Below, one piece after another: positions 1 to 11,304 of a stretch of DNA of 64,000 nt. The DNA lies in contig JAQGDQ010000316.1 in the NCBI GenBank assembly GCA_030141605.1, positions 210,671-274,670 of the forward strand, in the 5' to 3' direction. The position numbers were made by a program, and so were the translations under genes. Each line of letters begins with the position of its first letter. Within the stretch, counting starts at the first letter, position 1. The notes beneath the pieces were generated by a model. That model saw nothing but the letters and a program-made list of their open reading frames with translations, was not told where the DNA came from and made no database searches. The stretch is from Tubiluchus corallicola (taxonomy: Eukaryota; Animalia; Priapulida).

Positions 1-173
1 ATTGAAGAACGAAGGGATACAGGGAAATATCGACTGTTTATTTGCAACCAGGTCCCATTTGCACATGCGCCAAGTTTTTGATGTTTATTACATAATTGCA
101 TACAGGACAATTGATCACAACATTAGAAAGGAAACTGGTGGAGGATCATATTGCCGGCATCTTTTGGATATGG
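1..173 (+). CDS. Annexin internal exon (repeat 3, 5' end outside window)
   Basis: Frame 2 reads LFATRSHLHMRQVFDVYYIIAYRTIDHNIRKETGGGSYCRHLLDM, resembling annexin repeat 3 (ILxTRSxxQLRxxFxxY...I..E.SG). It ends G|gtatgt (phase 1) and joins ag|TT at 3986 to give GTT in frame. Confidence 0.75.
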
Positions 174-269
174 GTATGTGTTTATTTAGAATACATATAT
201 ATTATTACGAAGGCAGATTTTGACTAACCCTATAATGTTAATAATGGGTATGGTCGAGAAGCCCAGTAA

Positions 270-554
270 TGTAAAAGTATCTGTATAAAACAGAATGCAT
301 GCCGTAATTTGACGACTCCAACCTGGCCTTTCTGTCTGTAAGGGTGAATGCTGTAGGTATGCTAATTTTTACACAGAAGTCTGTTCACATGTCATGGAGC
401 TACTGGTTGTGCATTAAAGTTTATTTTACATTCGTATACTTTTTACTTTTCTCGTCTGCCGTAGTATTTCATAACTTGTATGCCGCTCTATACATTCTGA
501 GATGGAACCGCGCAGTGGATCCCGGATCCGTTACACTGGTGTCAGAAGTGGGAT
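270..554 (+). mobile_element. LTR retrotransposon remnant: LTR 3' end plus tRNA-Leu primer-binding site
   Basis: GTTACA ends at 535, then TGGTGTCAGAAGTGGGAT (537-554), complementary to a tRNA-Leu 3' end. The LTR-end motif cccggatccgtt(a/g)ca recurs at about 579-593. The 5' boundary is approximate. Confidence 0.55.
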
Positions 555-1105
555 CCGAAATTATCGCCTAGAATGAAACCCGGATCCGTTGCAATATATA
601 TTGTGATGCTGTCTATGATAACAAATATTCATAATTTACTACGTGTCTTAACTAAAGAAAATTATAAAAAAAGAAAAGAAAGAAAATAAAGAAAAATGAA
701 ACACTTAGCAACAGTTTATAGCTGACACTTACGCGTGGAGTCGAAATGCAAACCAAAGGGGTTAAAGCAAAAATTACTGAATCACGACTGACTTAATAAC
801 AGCAACCAAGAAGAGAAAAACAAAATGAAACCGAAGCCGAACATGGCCGAGAACGCACTGCCCTCGAATCTACGAGAACAGGTTACACGCTCGAGAAAAT
901 TGGCCTAGAAAACTGAGCTCTGATTGGGCCACGCAATTTTACATTCAATAAACTACATCAACCACGCAATCAACATTCATTTTCACGAAGCCCGTGGTTT
1001 CCGAGGCGGTTTAATCCTGCGACCCGCCACCATATATTCTAACACAACCATTAACTGTCAAACAAAGAGAAAAATAAAAATGACACAAAATTTCATTGGC
1101 ACCAC

Positions 1106-1136
1106 CCTCTCCCCCTCTCTCTCTCTCTCTCTCTGC

Positions 1137-1172
<36 letters not shown>

Positions 1173-1216
1173 GCCACTCTCTGCCATTCTCTCTCTGCCA
1201 CTCTCTCTCTCTGTCG

Positions 1217-1291
<75 letters not shown>

Positions 1292-1392
1292 CTCTCGCTC
1301 TCTCGCTCTCTCGCTCTCTCTCACTCTCTCGCTCTCTCGCTCTCTCACTCACTCTCTCTCTCTCTCTCTCGCTCTCTCGCTCTCTCACTCTG
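1106..1392. repeat. (CT)n compound microsatellite
   Basis: Directly visible. Confidence 0.95.
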
Positions 1393-2470
1393 CCAAGATA
1401 TCGCACAGCAATGTTGTGATAAATTGTACGATTGGTGCCAAAAGTGGAGGCAAATTTTAAATTTTGATACAAACAAGACTGAGGCTATTATATTTGGTAA
1501 TGTAAATGAAAATACAATACCATCGCTAAAAATTGTGCAAAAGTCGATAAGTTATGTAAATGATACTAAATCGGTGAGTAACTGTCGACAAACAAATAAG
1601 TTTTGATAAACATGTTGCTAAAATTAGACAAAAAGCTTGGAAAAAGTGGCACAACATTAAACAGTTATCCTTTAAGTATAAAGGTATGAAAATGTCCACC
1701 ATTTTAAAGCTGTTTGAAACAATTGTTGTACCTACCGTCTTCTATGGGTCAATTGCCTGGATGGTCAAAAAGCATAGTTATTTTGAAGACCTGTGGTATG
1801 ATGTTGTCAAAACAGCAGCGGGTGTAGGTTACAATCCTAGCAAAAATGAAATCCAGCATATTTGTGGCGTCCCTCCCATTGATGGAACGTATGATAATAT
1901 ATGTAGTAAATTTATGTTAAAAGTGTTGGCTAATCCAGAAAATGATCTACTTAGGAAGGAAATAGCTCTATGTGAAACCATGCCAATGAATGCTAGATAG
2001 TGTGTGCATCCTGTAAAAATTCACCTGGCAACTACCAAGTCTTTCTTGAAGATTAATATAGGCAAAAGGATGGCTCGAAATTTTTAACAACCCAATGGGA
2101 AAGAAGATTTTATTATTGTACCCAAATAGCAAATTTACCACAAGATAGACCTACACCTATGTTAACGCCGCTGTGTCTATCACTAACGCATTACGAAAGG
2201 CTTATTGAAACAACTGCATTAAACTTACTTTTAAATAGAGGAACTAAATCATTTCGGTATAGAATAGGTGAACAAAATACAGATTGCTGTCATTGTAACA
2301 ATGCAACTCCTCAAAAACACCAGAACACATATTTGACTGTGATTTGGTAGACCATCAGTTTCGAATAAATTTAAGACAAGTTCTGCCCTCAGCCAACATA
2401 AGCGAGTTTTATCTGAAAATAGATAAAGATGTAAATATTGTTAGAGATGTTGTGTGGAAAAAATTGTTAT
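1393..2470 (+). mobile_element. Degenerate non-LTR retrotransposon (LINE) ORF2 C-terminal fragment
   Basis: KLYDWCQKWRQILN..NKTEAIIFG and LKLFETIVVPTVFYGSIAW, plus a C-terminal Cys motif (DCCHCN), with stops and frameshifts. Confidence 0.7.
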
Positions 2471-3000
2471 AAATTCATTCAAATTGTATTTACAGAAAAA
2501 CATGTACTGAGTTAATCGTTATATAAATTATAGTGTAAAATATGTATATATTTTAAATTTATTCTTAATAGGTGTTGTGAAAGCTAAAATTGTGGTTTTG
2601 ATGTACATATGTAAAAGTTCTGTAAAAGTTAGAAAACTGAAACACTACTAGTAGAACATGTATGTACAAAACTGGCATTATGTATATTATTGTTATCGTA
2701 CAATTGAAAATTCGTGCTAATAATTTTGCTCTGTGTTGCTCTGAATGTTCAAATGGCCCAATAAGAACATACATATTATTAAATATGAAGTATTAATAAT
2801 ATTAATATTAATTAAATAAGTTAAATATTATTTTCGACATTTTTCAGAATAATGATATTAATGCGACGAATGTTTTATAGCATGACGTTAAGCGAGGACG
2901 ATTGTGTTCTACACATACGCAACGAGCAATTTACGTATTGACTTTTAAGAGATTTAGCTTTCTAATAACGTTTGGCATAAGAAGGAGTATTGTAGTTTTA

Positions 3001-3838
3001 CCGTATATACTCGCATATAAGCCGAATTTAGAACTATAAAATACAATACTGAAATCAGGAGGTCGACTTATATGCGCATGAAACAAAATGAACACAAGGG
3101 CAGACACTAATGCCAATTTTCCAGCCACACATTTTCATCGCTATCTGACTCTTTATTTGGTTGTGTGTCACCAGTGGTTTATTGGAGGGGGATCATGGGG
3201 GATCGCCGTCCACCCACTTTTTTTTTAGAAAAAATTCACATTTCAACAAATGTCTGCTTTTTGTATTCATTAGATAAAAAATATTAAAAATGTATACGGG
3301 TTTAATATTAAATCTACTTGTTTTCATTTTTTCAAAAAACGGTTTTAAATAATGTCAATTTCTTTCAAATTTGTGAATGTAAAATGGTAAGTCTTGAGAC
3401 TAGCCGTCCACCTACTTTTTATTTAGCAATACACCACTGTGTGTCACCAGTTGCGAGCCGTAACCAAGCTAGAGCTAGTGGTGAAGCCGACGTCATCAGC
3501 CAATTGGTAGGCAGCGCGTGGGGAGACGAGGGTCACGTGGCTTATAGAGGAACATATTGGTGTACACGTTTTCTGAACAGACACTCTATAAGTTTGAGAC
3601 AGAGAACGAAAATTGCACAAAAATTGCCATCACAATATGAACATAAACTTTTGGGTTTTCAAAAGTATGTTATTGATCAAAGAAAGGCTGGTGACTTCCC
3701 TCTCTGCAGAATTGGCAACATGGATGAGACAAGTTGATGGTCAGCTTATATACGGGTTTTTGCAAAAACTGGCCATTTTAAAGCAGTTTTAGGGGGTCGG
3801 CTTATATGCAATGTAGGCCTATATGCGAGTATATACGG
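3001..3838 (+). mobile_element. Internally deleted pogo/Tigger DNA transposon
   Basis: TA then TIR CCGTATATACTCGCATATAAGCC at 3001; inverse ...CTATATGCGAGTATATACGG ends at 3838. Internal WCTRFLNRHSISLRQRTKIAQKLP...IGNMDET matches the CENP-B HTH to DDE start of a pogo transposase. Confidence 0.85.
3172..3439. mobile_element. hAT-type MITE nested in the pogo element
   Basis: TIR CAGTGGTTTATTG / CAATACACCACTG with 8-bp TSD TGTGTCAC (3164-3171 and 3440-3447). Confidence 0.85.
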
Positions 3839-3985
3839 GCTATTAGGTCTCAGTAAATAGCCAGTTCTCCGGTCACCGTAGTTGACAGAATGATTGTTGA
3901 CTCATTGCTTTAGGTAGGATAGCCGAGTGGCTTAGGTTTCAGATTACATAGCTTTGTCACATTGCTCATGAATTCAATTTTGTAG

Positions 3986-4164
3986 TTGCAATCGTGCAAG
4001 ACAAAGACTATTATTTTGCAAGAAGACTAAAGGCTTGTATGAGAGGAGCAGGCACTGATGAAGACGGGATTCTTCGAATTATAGTGTCACGATGTGAAAA
4101 GGACATTTTGTCGATAAGGAAGTATTATGACAAGACCTACGGTTCTCTGATAGCAGATATTGAG
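3986..4164 (+). CDS. Annexin exon (repeat 4)
   Basis: tgtag| VAIVQDKDYYFARRLKACMRGAGTDEDGILRIIVSRCEKDILSIRKYYDKTYGSLIADIE |gtacga; canonical MxGxGTDE...IIVSR annexin motif. Confidence 0.92.
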
Positions 4165-6096
4165 GTACGAATTACATATGTAAATAAGGTGTGATGACTC
4201 TAGTACATTTGAGCGAGATGAACAGCTGCGTGTGCTTCACGACTGAAGTTAAGCAATGCTAAATCTGGTCAGTGATGGTTCGTGACTGTTTGGATTTAAT
4301 ATGTAGAAATTTGCAAACTATTTTTATATTTATAACCTTTTATATTGTTGTCTTTTGATCAACTGGAACTTGCATGCCTGAGAGAATAAAGCTCTAATCA
4401 CATGACCCGACTTACAAGTTCCTATTGGAAGGTACATTAAATTCATGCATACAGACCATAAATGGAAAGGTCACCTATACTCTACAGACTACTAGTTAAA
4501 CCAAAATCAAAGCCTACTTGGCTTCGTTGATAGCACAATAAAGATTATTGGTTTACAGAAAGCTGTGTTGTAATGTTATAATTTTTCTCTATTTAAATTT
4601 GATTAAGAGAGTTAGAACCAGAAATAAAGCATGAAATTAACAATCTAATTACTCTGATTAATGACTATTTCTAAAAGCAAAAGGAAACAATATTTAGAAA
4701 GAAAAAATCGCTCTCTGGCAAACTTTGTACAATTAGAGTGTAGATGGCAGCATAGACTAAAGGAGTACTTTAGTGTAATTGACTAACAATTAAATGGATC
4801 AGATAATACCACAATCGCGTACTCGGTACAATATGCGACATAATACTCATCATACCGATTCCAAATATTTACATCGTTGAGCACATCCAATCGTAGCTAT
4901 TAAAGCACTTTTGCAGCAAGTCTAATGTTCATCTTCTGAATTCAAATAATATTCTTGGCAAAACTATGGTTTTGGTAGCACTTTCTTATTGGATCCTGGA
5001 TTCCAAATGATAATCTGCGAGTAGCTGGATTGTCACTAAGCCCCTAACATGGTAAACTGTGAAGTTGGTGAAATGGTCAAAGGATGCGTTTTTGCATGTA
5101 TGGTAGCCGGATAATGCTAGATGATTTTTTAGTATTTTTCTAAAAACGGGTCACATGATATGGAAGAAGTTGTTAAAACAGGGTCACATAAATAATTTAC
5201 TAAAATACAAAATGTAAGAGTAAGGGGCAAAATGGCTTTGTCACTCAACTGCTCTTGCAGTATTTGACTGGGAACTTTGCAGTCATTCACTCATGTTGCT
5301 GTTACACGTTGTGAAAGATATTTGTGAAGTTGAAATGGAACACTTGTAGAAAACAACTAAACACTAGATTGCATGTTTGCACAAAAACTGAAACACGTTT
5401 ATTGCACTAAATACACAGTAAAATGCACAAGTAAAATGATGAACACAACTGCTGCACAGCACTGAGTGTGTAACAGAGAGACAGTGTGTCCCATGAGTTG
5501 CACGACTGCACTGCCTGAGACAGAGAGTGACTAGCAGTGAAATCTAGCCAGTTTATATAGGTAGAGAAGTATGCAAAAAATTGGCTTCACATATCTCATT
5601 ACAGTGAAATAGGGGAGATACAGTGAGTTTGAATATTCATTGGACCATACAATTGCATTAAGGGGTGAATTGAACTAGTAAATGTTAAAGTAACATATCA
5701 ATAGATGGCAGCACCTAAATATACAGTTACAACTTTCACACACGTGCTTTACAGTTTACGGTAATGTTCATGTTGATGTCCTTGTCATGTTGCAGAAGCT
5801 TAAGCCAGGTAAATACTATTCCGTTATCAGCATGTTTGTGTATATGCTCGCACAGTGGATAATAATTTCTCATAAATTCATTCTTGCTCATGATAACCCG
5901 GTAATGAAAGAAAGAAAGAGTGTGCACGCACCTGCGTGTGTGCGTGTGTGCTTATGCGTGCGTATGAGAGAAAGAGGGGAAGCGAGAGAAAGAGCGAGGG
6001 ATACAGAAAAAGGGAATTGGAAAGAAAGAGTGGGAGACAATAGAAAGGGTTTTATGTATTAAAAAACATTGATGAATTTGTTCATTCACATTTCAG

Positions 6097-6156
6097 GATG
6101 AATACGAAGCAAGCCCGTACAGGAACTGGTTAATAAAGCTCCTTGGTGGTTATTAG
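6097..6156 (+). CDS. Annexin terminal coding exon
   Basis: tttcag|GAT, phase 0: DEYEASPYRNWLIKLLGGY*, equivalent to the DTSGDYxxLLLxL terminus. AATAAA signals follow at about 6253, 6268 and 6406. Confidence 0.8.
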   Translation, partial: DEYEASPYRNWLIKLLGGY

Positions 6157-6503
6157 CTGCACCACTTGGAGCTAATCCATACGAAAATTCTAACTAAATA
6201 TATAAAACTTTTGTTATAATTATGAATCATCAACTAATGTTAACCAAGTGTTAATAAAGAGTGCAAAATAAAACAAAAGGTTAACATAATTTTCCCTAGA
6301 TAGTTATTTTATGGTGGACACATAAAAGTTGTTTGCATTTATTTTGTTATTTGAAGATGCAGTTGTAAAGAGTTATAGACATTTGGTGTTTGTGACTTTG
6401 TAAGTAATAAAAATTATACGTAACATTATTGCGTAACTGAAGATTCAGTTGTAACTTGTTTTACCAGTTTGATGGATGTAACTTTTTAGATCACAGTAGT
6501 TAC

Positions 6504-6625
<122 letters not shown>

Positions 6626-6877
6626 TGACATCTGCTACAGTGAACCTACAGATCAACTAAGATGATTTTTGTATATAAATAATAATTTTAAGCCTTTGAT
6701 TACCAGACCAAACCTCATAAGTATGTGAGTTTAGGGTAATTCTACGTGTAAAAAGAAAATATGCAGCAACTATAATCAATATTAAACAGTACCATTTTCT
6801 TTAACTCAGACAAACGTTAATGTTATGCTGCTAATTGTACACATGGCTGTTGAACATTGCGGTTTTGTTTAATTCAG

Positions 6878-7750
6878 ACATAAAAGAATGTGATGCCACC
6901 AGTCCTACTCATGACTGTGATCCTGTCCTTGATAACTGTTCAAATATTAATGTCAGCTTATTGATTTAACAATTGACGTGAGTAGATGAAATGCTACAGG
7001 AATTATTCAGTCAGGTAAAAATGCGGTAACATTCCCAAAACAAGAGTAAAATATGCATGCAATGTATGAATGAACTGGAAATGTGTACTAGAAATATGTG
7101 CATGTAAATTGTGCCAAAGTGAGGCAAAAGTTTTTGTTTAATTTTAATTTAAGGATAAAAGGCAGGGATAAATGTTATGCCTGCCTGAAAGGTAATGCAA
7201 AGACGCAAAACTGATCACAGTAAATCTTGAAAAATGCATACTATACAGAAATAATTTACATGTGTTCTAATTATGCACCTTGAATCAGCGCTATTTGTGA
7301 AAAGATAAAGTTTAATGAATCAAAATAAAATTGTACAAGTTTCAACTGATAACTGGTTCAAACTTCGCAAACTCTCTGCATAACTATGTGTCGTAACTCT
7401 GTGCATTAAAACAAAATAATGTAGTATTCATAATCAATCTTTACACGTTAAACTTTGCCATTTTGCTTAACTCACATGTAAATAAACATTATTCTACTAA
7501 TCCTACTCGTGACCTTGACCTATTCTTTGCCAACTGCAAAAACAGTAATGGAAGTTTTACATGTCAGTGTATTAATGGAACAATTAATATGAAAGGTTCA
7601 ACTACTGGAGGAATTATTTATTACAGAAAAACAATTAAGCAGTTAATATTAAATTAGGTGTCTACTAACTAATAATTTGAGATAATTTGATGTGAAAGAA
7701 TGTAATGCCAATTCACGACTATGATCCAACCCTCGCGGTTTGTATAGCTA
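6878..7750 (+). pseudogene. Decayed calcium-binding EGF-like exon remnants (three pieces)
   Basis: ttcag|(D)IKECDATSPTHDCDPVLDNCSNIN at 6878; NPTRDLDLFFANCKNSNGSFTCQCING at about 7498-7580; DVKECNAN at about 7690. These match the cbEGF consensus DxxEC...C...CxNxxGSFxCxC but are broken. Confidence 0.55.
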
Positions 7751-8823
7751 AATAATATAATGTAAATGACATGTGTAAGTTTAATATTCAGTAGTGAAAA
7801 GCAGTCATTTGCAGTTTTTCACATTGAAACTGCTTTTTCCAGGAGAATTTTCACTAACGTTTGACAAACGTGTGACGGATTAAGGGCAAATGAGTCACAT
7901 TAGCTAGTTTTAATATCAGTGTAATGTATCGATTTGATACAAATGCTATAAATTTCTGAAAGGCACGCTTTCATTCTACCACAGAAAGTGAAATGTGCGG
8001 CATTATTAAACTTAGAAAACTGATATTAATATTTACAATCCCCTTTTGTGAGGCGGCTGCCTGTTTGTATTCTATGCTATACCCTACCTCAAGCCCCGCG
8101 TGTTATAATAATATTGCTTAAATTATCTATGACGCGAAATGAAAACCATAGCTCGATGTGAAAATGCCCTGTATGCCCTCTGAATTTATTGTCGTTTTGC
8201 GGTTTTATAACTGCTAGAAAATTTTGAAAGCGCATTTTGTAGTTGAAGTCACTCGATAACAGACGGATTTCGCTGCAATCATTGTGATTAAATTATGGAT
8301 AATTTTATAATTGCGGTTATAACAGGAATATTTCTGATTTCTGCAAGTGTTACTGCAAATTACACACCAGGTATGATTTTTTAACTAATAGCAGACTAGG
8401 CGTTGTATATATAATGAGTACAAAACAATTTTAGGTATTCACGAACAAAACTTGAATAGTTATTATGTATTATTTGGCTAACTAACAGAAAAGATCTAAA
8501 TTTTACCATTTGACTACAAATGGTCATCAGAAGAAAACAGGAAGAACTAAAAAAAAACTTGTTTGTTAAATATAGTCAGGTTACTTTAATATTTTTTTAT
8601 TATCTAATTTAATATTTTTTCACTAAAGGTGTAATAAGCAGTTTAATTATTGCACAAATTAAACCAGTCTTACTTCGAAGGTGTCACTCTGTAAATAAAG
8701 TAGAGTTCTAAGCCTAGTGGAGTGTCTTTATCTAGGAATTACATTAGATACACTGAGTCTGTCACAGATATGTTATAATGGTTCATTTCTTCACTTTCTT
8801 AAGCTGACATTCGGAATCATTGT

Positions 8824-9297
<474 letters not shown>

Positions 9298-9484
9298 AAA
9301 ATGTAAATTTAATAAGATATAAAATGATATTAAGATTATAATTATTATTATTATTTATTCGTGAATTTTAGCTTATCTTGCTTGTAACCATTTCATCAAA
9401 AACTTAAGCCAAAGGATCGCGCTTCTTCTTTTTACAATGAAAAAAATCCGTTATTTATTTCTTTTCATTATCTTTTATCTTTAT

Positions 9485-9668
9485 CCATTGTACTCTACTC
9501 TGCTTATAACTTTAATTCAGCAAAAAGCTACAGGCTTTGCGTTAGTTAAACAAACAGTAGGCAGGATGTTACGGGCTTTGCGTTATAAATGAGGACTAAG
9601 TAGAACGTTCGCGTATTATTGATTACACGTGTATTTATACGCAAAATCTTTTGCGGGGCCTTTGCTAT
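9485..9668 (+). mobile_element. Non-autonomous Helitron-like 3' end fragment
   Basis: Hairpin CGCAAAA-tc-TTTTGCG then GGGCCTTTGCTA(T), a degenerate CTAG. It is the reverse complement of the segment at 25889-26035. Confidence 0.65.
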
Positions 9669-9809
9669 TTATTATATTATAGCACATAGTTTCAACTTTG
9701 TGAAAAATGTTTGAAATGGTTTTGTTGTAATGCTGTGCTGTTGGTGCTTGTGCTATAGGTGTCGTCATCATTGCCACCATCATCATCATCATCATCAACA
9801 TCATGATCA

Positions 9810-10360
9810 CCACGTGAGGTGGTGGATTTGATGTGGTGTGGTGGTGGTGTGCTTTGTGTGTTGTGCTATGGATGGTGTGGTGGGGTGATAGGGTGTGTGG
9901 GGTGTGGTGTGGGTAGTGTGGTATGGAGTGGGTGGCGTGGTGTGTGGGTGGGTGGGTGTTGTGGTGCAGTGCGGTGTGATGTGGTGGAGTATTATGGTGT
10001 GGGTGGTGTGGTGTGGTGTGTGGGTGGTGCGATGTTGTGTGGTGCAGTGGTATGGTGTGGTGCAGTGTGGTGTGATGTGGTGGAGTCGTATGGTGTGGGT
10101 GGTGTGGTGTGGTGTGTGGGTGGTGCGGCGTGCTGCAGTGGTATGGTGTGGTGCAGTGTGGCATGATGTGGTGGAGTGGTATGGTGTGGGTGGTGTGGTG
10201 TGTAGGTGGTATGGTGTGGTGCGGTGCGGTGTGGTGGTATTGTGTGGTGCGACGAGGTGGAGTGGTATGGTGTGGTGCAGTGTGGTGTGATGAGGTGGAG
10301 TGGTGTGGTGTGGGTTGTGTGTTGATTTGTGCACAAAATTCTCTTTGTGGGGTTTGGCTA
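9810..10360 (+). mobile_element. Helitron 3'-end copy with expanded (GTGTG/GTG)n low-complexity repeat
   Basis: The GT-rich repeat ends in CACAAA-attctc-TTTGTG-GGGTTTGG-CTAG (10333-10361), homologous to the reverse complement of 10618-10720. Confidence 0.6.
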
Positions 10361-11304
10361 GAAACTTATATAAATATAAGCTAATAGTGATATCAGGTTA
10401 TCAAGGACATGATTGTGATGAAGGTACAATACTCTTTTCTTAAAAATGACATATATATATATATATATATCTATATCAACGTATAATGATTTATAAGCTA
10501 ATAGTGATATATTGTGAATACACAATATATTATATATTATTTGGCTTAATAGTTATATATATTAAGTTATCATAAGTGGTATGGTGTGGTGCAGTGTGGT
10601 GTGATATTAATATTATACTAGCGAAACCCGCAAAAAAATTTGCGCATAAATGAACACACAACCTACACAACACCACCCACACCATACCACCCCACCGCAT
10701 TACCCACACCAGCCACACCATGCAGCTTTGTAAGTAAGGAACCTGAAGTGAAACGTACAATTATTTCCAATCTTGTTACCTGTGGTCGTATTGTTCCTGA
10801 GTTACCCACGTCATCATGTAGTCCAGTTCCTCCTCTTTCTGAAAAGCTTTCCTATAAGAACTCCATTAATTATTGTTCGAAATGTTATTTTCTGCAACAG
10901 TTCTTATAATGCCAGAGGGAGTGCTCACCTTTTGTCACGGCTTGCAACGTGCTAGATCTAAATGCAGTCAACAAAATATGCATTTAGATCTAGGCAGGTT
11001 TACCCCGTCTGGCTCCTGTTTTTACTTACCGTTTTTCTCAAAGCAAAAAGAACATTATATCACTAACCCTAACAGATTAGTTTTCTATTATACAGAATGG
11101 TGACTATAGTATTTTTTTCTAACATCCTATGAAATTATTCCAGATAAGTCGCCCATTTCTGTGAAGAGCTTACTTCAGCCAGCAATACAGGTTTTAATTT
11201 TGATTTACCAAATAAAGTAAACCATACCAAGTGAGCAGCCTGGCAACGTCAAATAGCAACACTAGTTTTTATTTATTTGAATAGCTATTTTATTTGTCAT
11301 GTTT

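Noticed and set aside
10700-10851. Possible captured small exon (KAFQKEEELDYMMTWVTQEQYDHR, minus strand 10780-10851) in the Helitron tail
   Set aside because: Splice signals are plausible, but it needs a 37-nt intron and I recognise no homology.
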